Positions 60,880 to 64,000 of a stretch of DNA of 64,000 nucleotides are shown in pieces. The position numbers were made by a program, and so were the translations under genes. Origin of the DNA: Candidatus Sumerlaeaceae bacterium (GTDB lineage Bacteria; Sumerlaeota; Sumerlaeia; Sumerlaeales; Sumerlaeaceae). Numbering within the stretch: the stretch's first letter is position 1; each line of letters starts with the position of its first letter. The stretch is from NCBI GenBank assembly GCA_049968255.1, contig JBMFRB010000009.1, positions 84,362 to 148,361 of the forward strand. Direction: 5' to 3'. The notes under the pieces are model-generated. The model saw nothing but the letters and a program-made list of their open reading frames with translations. It was not told the DNA's origin and did no database searches.

Positions 60880-63800
60880 ATGTCTATGTTATCGCGATTT
60901 GCTACGTGTGCCCAAGGCACGATTCGATCCTTCGCTGCAGCCGTAGCTGTGGTGACCGCGATCGTGTGCCCTTCGCAAGGCCGAGCTGCTTCACCAGGTA
61001 AAGACGGAAATCTCACTGTGACCACACCCAACACAGTGGTAAACGCCGTATCCCCGCTCTCACAAAGTGCTTCGCCTGGGGATACTTATCTGCGCGTGAC
61101 AGACCTTGCTGCTTTGCAGCCCCTCTCTGCTGGGGACCTGCTTCTTGTCTATCAAGCGTTCGGTGCGTCGATCGATACCACAGATTCGCCAACTTATGGA
61201 GCGATTACCGCGCTCAATGGGGCAGGTTTATATGAGTTTGTTACGGTGGTAAGCACGCAAGCGCCCAATCGGATCAACATTGCAACAGAATGCGGAGGAC
61301 TACGCAATAGCTACGTCGCCTCCGCAGGCTCTCAAGTGATTAAGGTGCCCCAGTACCAGAACCTTACCGTTGCAAGCGGTGCAAGCCTCACATGTCCCCC
61401 GTGGAATGGGTCAACGGGTGGTGTGCTCGCGATCTCCGTCGCCAACACGCTAACCTTAGATGGAACTCTCAACGTGTCTGGGAAAGGATTTCGGGGCGGT
61501 GCTGTCCATAACTCCAGCAATTCGACGAGTAACAATGTAACCGCTTATCGAAGTGGGAATGCTTCGCGGGGGGCTTTCAAAGGCGAGGGCATTGCCGACC
61601 CTTCGGCGGTTTCTGGCAATGGCGCTTACTGCCGTGGGGCAGCCGCCAATGGTGGCGGTGGCGGAAACTCGTACAACGCGGGAGGTGGCGGTGGCGCCAA
61701 TGGCGACAACGGTAACTCCTGGCTCGTAGCCAACGCCAGCACCGGTGGGCAGGGCGTCATGGAACTTGACAACCCCAGCTGGCTTCAAGCATGGCAACTG
61801 GATCCGGCCTATGCGGCTAACGCTAACGCGTTGACCAATTGCTCCGGCGGTGGCCGGGGCGGATATACATTTTCGGCGAACGATCGCGATGCCCTCACCA
61901 TAGCGCCCGACAACACCCTGTGGGGCGGTAATAATCGGCGTGAGCGTGGCGGTCTCGGGGGGCGTCCCGTTCCGAATGACCCCAGCACGCGGATCTTTTT
62001 TGGCGGGGGTGGCGGAGCGGGCGACGGTAATGACTCAGCAGCGGGCCAGGGAGGAAATGGTGGAGGACTTATATTCGTGCTGGCTGGCTGCATCCAGGGA
62101 TCGGGGCAAGTGATTGCTGACGGAAACGCCGGCGGATGGAGCGGCGAAAACGCGATAAGCGACGGTGCTGGCGGCGGTGGTGGCGGAGGTAGTGTCGTTA
62201 TTTTCGCGGGCTCCGTCTCGGGTCCTGCCATCCGCGCTCGTGGTGGTGAAGGCGGGTGGCAACCTTTCCGCAGTGCGATCCCGTCGAACGGCGCTTACGG
62301 ACCAGGCGGTGGTGGTGGCGGGGGCTTCATCGCCTTGAACACGACCGGTTTTTCTGCGCTATCCGTAGATGGTGGCCGTGGCGGACAGACAACGGCGACC
62401 GCGTTGAGCGAATTCCCTAAAAACGGGGCCACGGCTGGGGCACTTGGAAAAGTTACCACCAGCATTGCTTCGCTCGCTATGTGCGATGGGTTCGTAGGTG
62501 GAAAAGTTTTTGAAGATCTAAACCAAAACGGCAGTTGGGACTCAGGCGAGCCTCCCATTGTGGGAGCCCCTGTCGTCCTAACCCTCAGCAATTCGCAAAC
62601 CGTCACTGTCCAAACAGGCCCAGACGGATCCTATTTCTACATGGTGCCGCCAGGCAGCACTGTGGTCAATGTGGACGAAAGCGCTTTCCCATTTGGTGCT
62701 ACTTGCACCACCGGGAACGACCCCCAAAATCTTAGCGTGTCTGCAGGCGTGCTTTCAAACGCCTCTGTGATTGGCTTCTACTTCCCCCCCGTGGCCGATA
62801 TGGCGATCACAAAGACCGACGCGCCCGACCCGGTTTATGTTGGCGACCAAATTACCTATACCATTGTGGTCACCAATAACGGGCCTGCCCAGGCTAATAA
62901 TGTCATTGTCACGGATTATCTTCCGTCACAAGTTCAGTTTGTTTCCGCGTCCGTGCCCTGCGTGCCGTCGGGCAGCACTGTCGTGTGCAGCCTCGGATCC
63001 ATGGCCCCTGGCACTTCAACGACACTAACGATTGTCGTGACAGCTCTTTCCGAGGGTGTGGCCATAAACAATGCAGAAGTGACTGCTGACGAGGTCGACT
63101 CAAATACGAGTAATAACGTGACAGGACCCGTGACCACGCAGGTAGATCCAGCTGCGGATCTGTCCGTGACCGCGAGCTACCTGCCATCGCCAGCCACCAA
63201 TGGTCAACCCGCTACGATTACGGTCGTGGCGAGTAACTCTGGACCTAGTGATGCGTCCAATGTCGTGGTCTCCGTCACTCTCGATCCCTCCCTCTCTATT
63301 CAGAGTGTTTCGTCAGGCTGTACCCCATCGGGAAATGTGGTCACCTGCACATTCCCAACCTTGGCTGCTGGCGAGAGCACAACCGTAACTATTGACGTCC
63401 TGCCCACGAGTGCCGGTTTACAGCAAGTGGATGGGGCCGTGAGTGCGGACGAATATGATCCCAACATTCTCAACAACAACACAATGATATCTTTGCAGGT
63501 GGACCCTGCAGCGGATCTAAGCGTGCAAAAAACTGCCAGCGCCGATCCCGCGGCCATTAACTGCGATTTGACTTACGAAATCGTGATCACCAATAACGGC
63601 CCGGATGATGCAACCTCCGTGACGCTCGTCGACGCCCTGCCCAGAGGAGTGACCTTTGTTACGGCATCAAGCGGATGCGGGGAAAATTCAGGTATCGTCA
63701 CGTGTGACCTGGGCACGCTGCTGGCTGGGGAAAGTACGACCGTCACAATGACAGTTGTGCCAATTGCACTTGGCCCAATTTTCAATAATGCTTCTGTCAG

Positions 63801-64000
63801 TGCCTACCAGGCCGACCCAGTCCCCGGGAACAACTTGGCGGTGAACGCCGTCATCGTCGAGCCCGACTGCAACTCGAACTGCATAGCTGATTCGACAGAT
63901 CTGACAAGTGGCACTTCCCAAGACTGCAACGCTAACTCCATCCCCGACGAATGTGACATTGCCAGCGGGACGTCGCAAGACTGCCAGCCCAACGGGATTC
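60880..64000 (+). CDS. Large secreted adhesin-like protein, truncated by the window end (not in the ORF track)
   Basis: Reads in one frame from ATG 60880 to the edge. Signal peptide, AGDLLLVYQA..GLYEFV..QVIKVPQY..WNGSTGGVLA..GKGFRGG (AgmC-N-like) domain, Gly-rich tract, SdrD-B-like domain (GKVFEDLNQNGSWDSGE), three DUF11 repeats, then DCNxNxIxD repeats. Confidence 0.88.
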   Translation, partial: MSMLSRFATCAQGTIRSFAAAVAVVTAIVCPSQGRAASPGKDGNLTVTTPNTVVNAVSPLSQSASPGDTYLRVTDLAALQPLSAGDLLLVYQAFGASIDTTDSPTYGAITALNGAGLYEFVTVVSTQAPNRINIATECGGLRNSYVASAGSQVIKVPQYQNLTVASGASLTCPPWNGSTGGVLAISVANTLTLDGTLNVSGKGFRGGAVHNSSNSTSNNVTAYRSGNASRGAFKGEGIADPSAVSGNGAYCRGAAANGGGGGNSYNAGGGGGANGDNGNSWLVANASTGGQGVMELDNPSWLQAWQLDPAYAANANALTNCSGGGRGGYTFSANDRDALTIAPDNTLWGGNNRRERGGLGGRPVPNDPSTRIFFGGGGGAGDGNDSAAGQGGNGGGLIFVLAGCIQGSGQVIADGNAGGWSGENAISDGAGGGGGGGSVVIFAGSVSGPAIRARGGEGGWQPFRSAIPSNGAYGPGGGGGGGFIALNTTGFSALSVDGGRGGQTTATALSEFPKNGATAGALGKVTTSIASLAMCDGFVGGKVFEDLNQNGSWDSGEPPIVGAPVVLTLSNSQTVTVQTGPDGSYFYMVPPGSTVVNVDESAFPFGATCTTGNDPQNLSVSAGVLSNASVIGFYFPPVADMAITKTDAPDPVYVGDQITYTIVVTNNGPAQANNVIVTDYLPSQVQFVSASVPCVPSGSTVVCSLGSMAPGTSTTLTIVVTALSEGVAINNAEVTADEVDSNTSNNVTGPVTTQVDPAADLSVTASYLPSPATNGQPATITVVASNSGPSDASNVVVSVTLDPSLSIQSVSSGCTPSGNVVTCTFPTLAAGESTTVTIDVLPTSAGLQQVDGAVSADEYDPNILNNNTMISLQVDPAADLSVQKTASADPAAINCDLTYEIVITNNGPDDATSVTLVDALPRGVTFVTASSGCGENSGIVTCDLGTLLAGESTTVTMTVVPIALGPIFNNASVSAYQADPVPGNNLAVNAVIVEPDCNSNCIADSTDLTSGTSQDCNANSIPDECDIASGTSQDCQPNGI

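Noticed and set aside
1-64000. CRISPR arrays, IS elements, prophage and defence systems
   Set aside because: No regularly spaced direct repeats and no transposase, integrase, cas or phage motifs were seen.

Overview
A 64-kb bacterial chromosomal window of moderately high GC with no mobile elements or CRISPR arrays. Protein style suggests Candidatus Sumerlaeota (BRC1); this is recognition from pilin C-termini (YDPTNGTVSxGD) and secreted-protein tails, not a database result. Housekeeping genes are nrdR, rpoB-rpoC, lysA, rpmH-rnpA-yidD-yidC, an RNase E/G, rplI, tRNA-Glu(CTC) and tRNA-Ser(CGA). Other genes include bshC, an orphan MglA-like GTPase and several secreted hydrolases. A ~19-kb glycan-utilisation locus (27.3-46.4 kb) carries an ABC sugar importer, a ROK regulator, GalE/GalK/GalT-type enzymes, a type IV pilin-like gene, and secreted proteins sharing a repeated domain. 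A large adhesin gene runs off the right edge. The best leads are: (i) short conserved C-terminal tags ([SA]xVxxWxx[YF] and LPVVTSCLEFE) on unrelated secreted proteins, with a TPR lipoprotein carrying an Ig/FN3-like domain that might accept such a tag; (ii) the pilin-headed glycan locus; (iii) an MglA whose arginine finger is Gln; (iv) a DnaA-box cluster plus tandem NrdR-like boxes upstream of nrdR; (v) a ~660-aa disordered insert inside the RNase E/G S1 domain.
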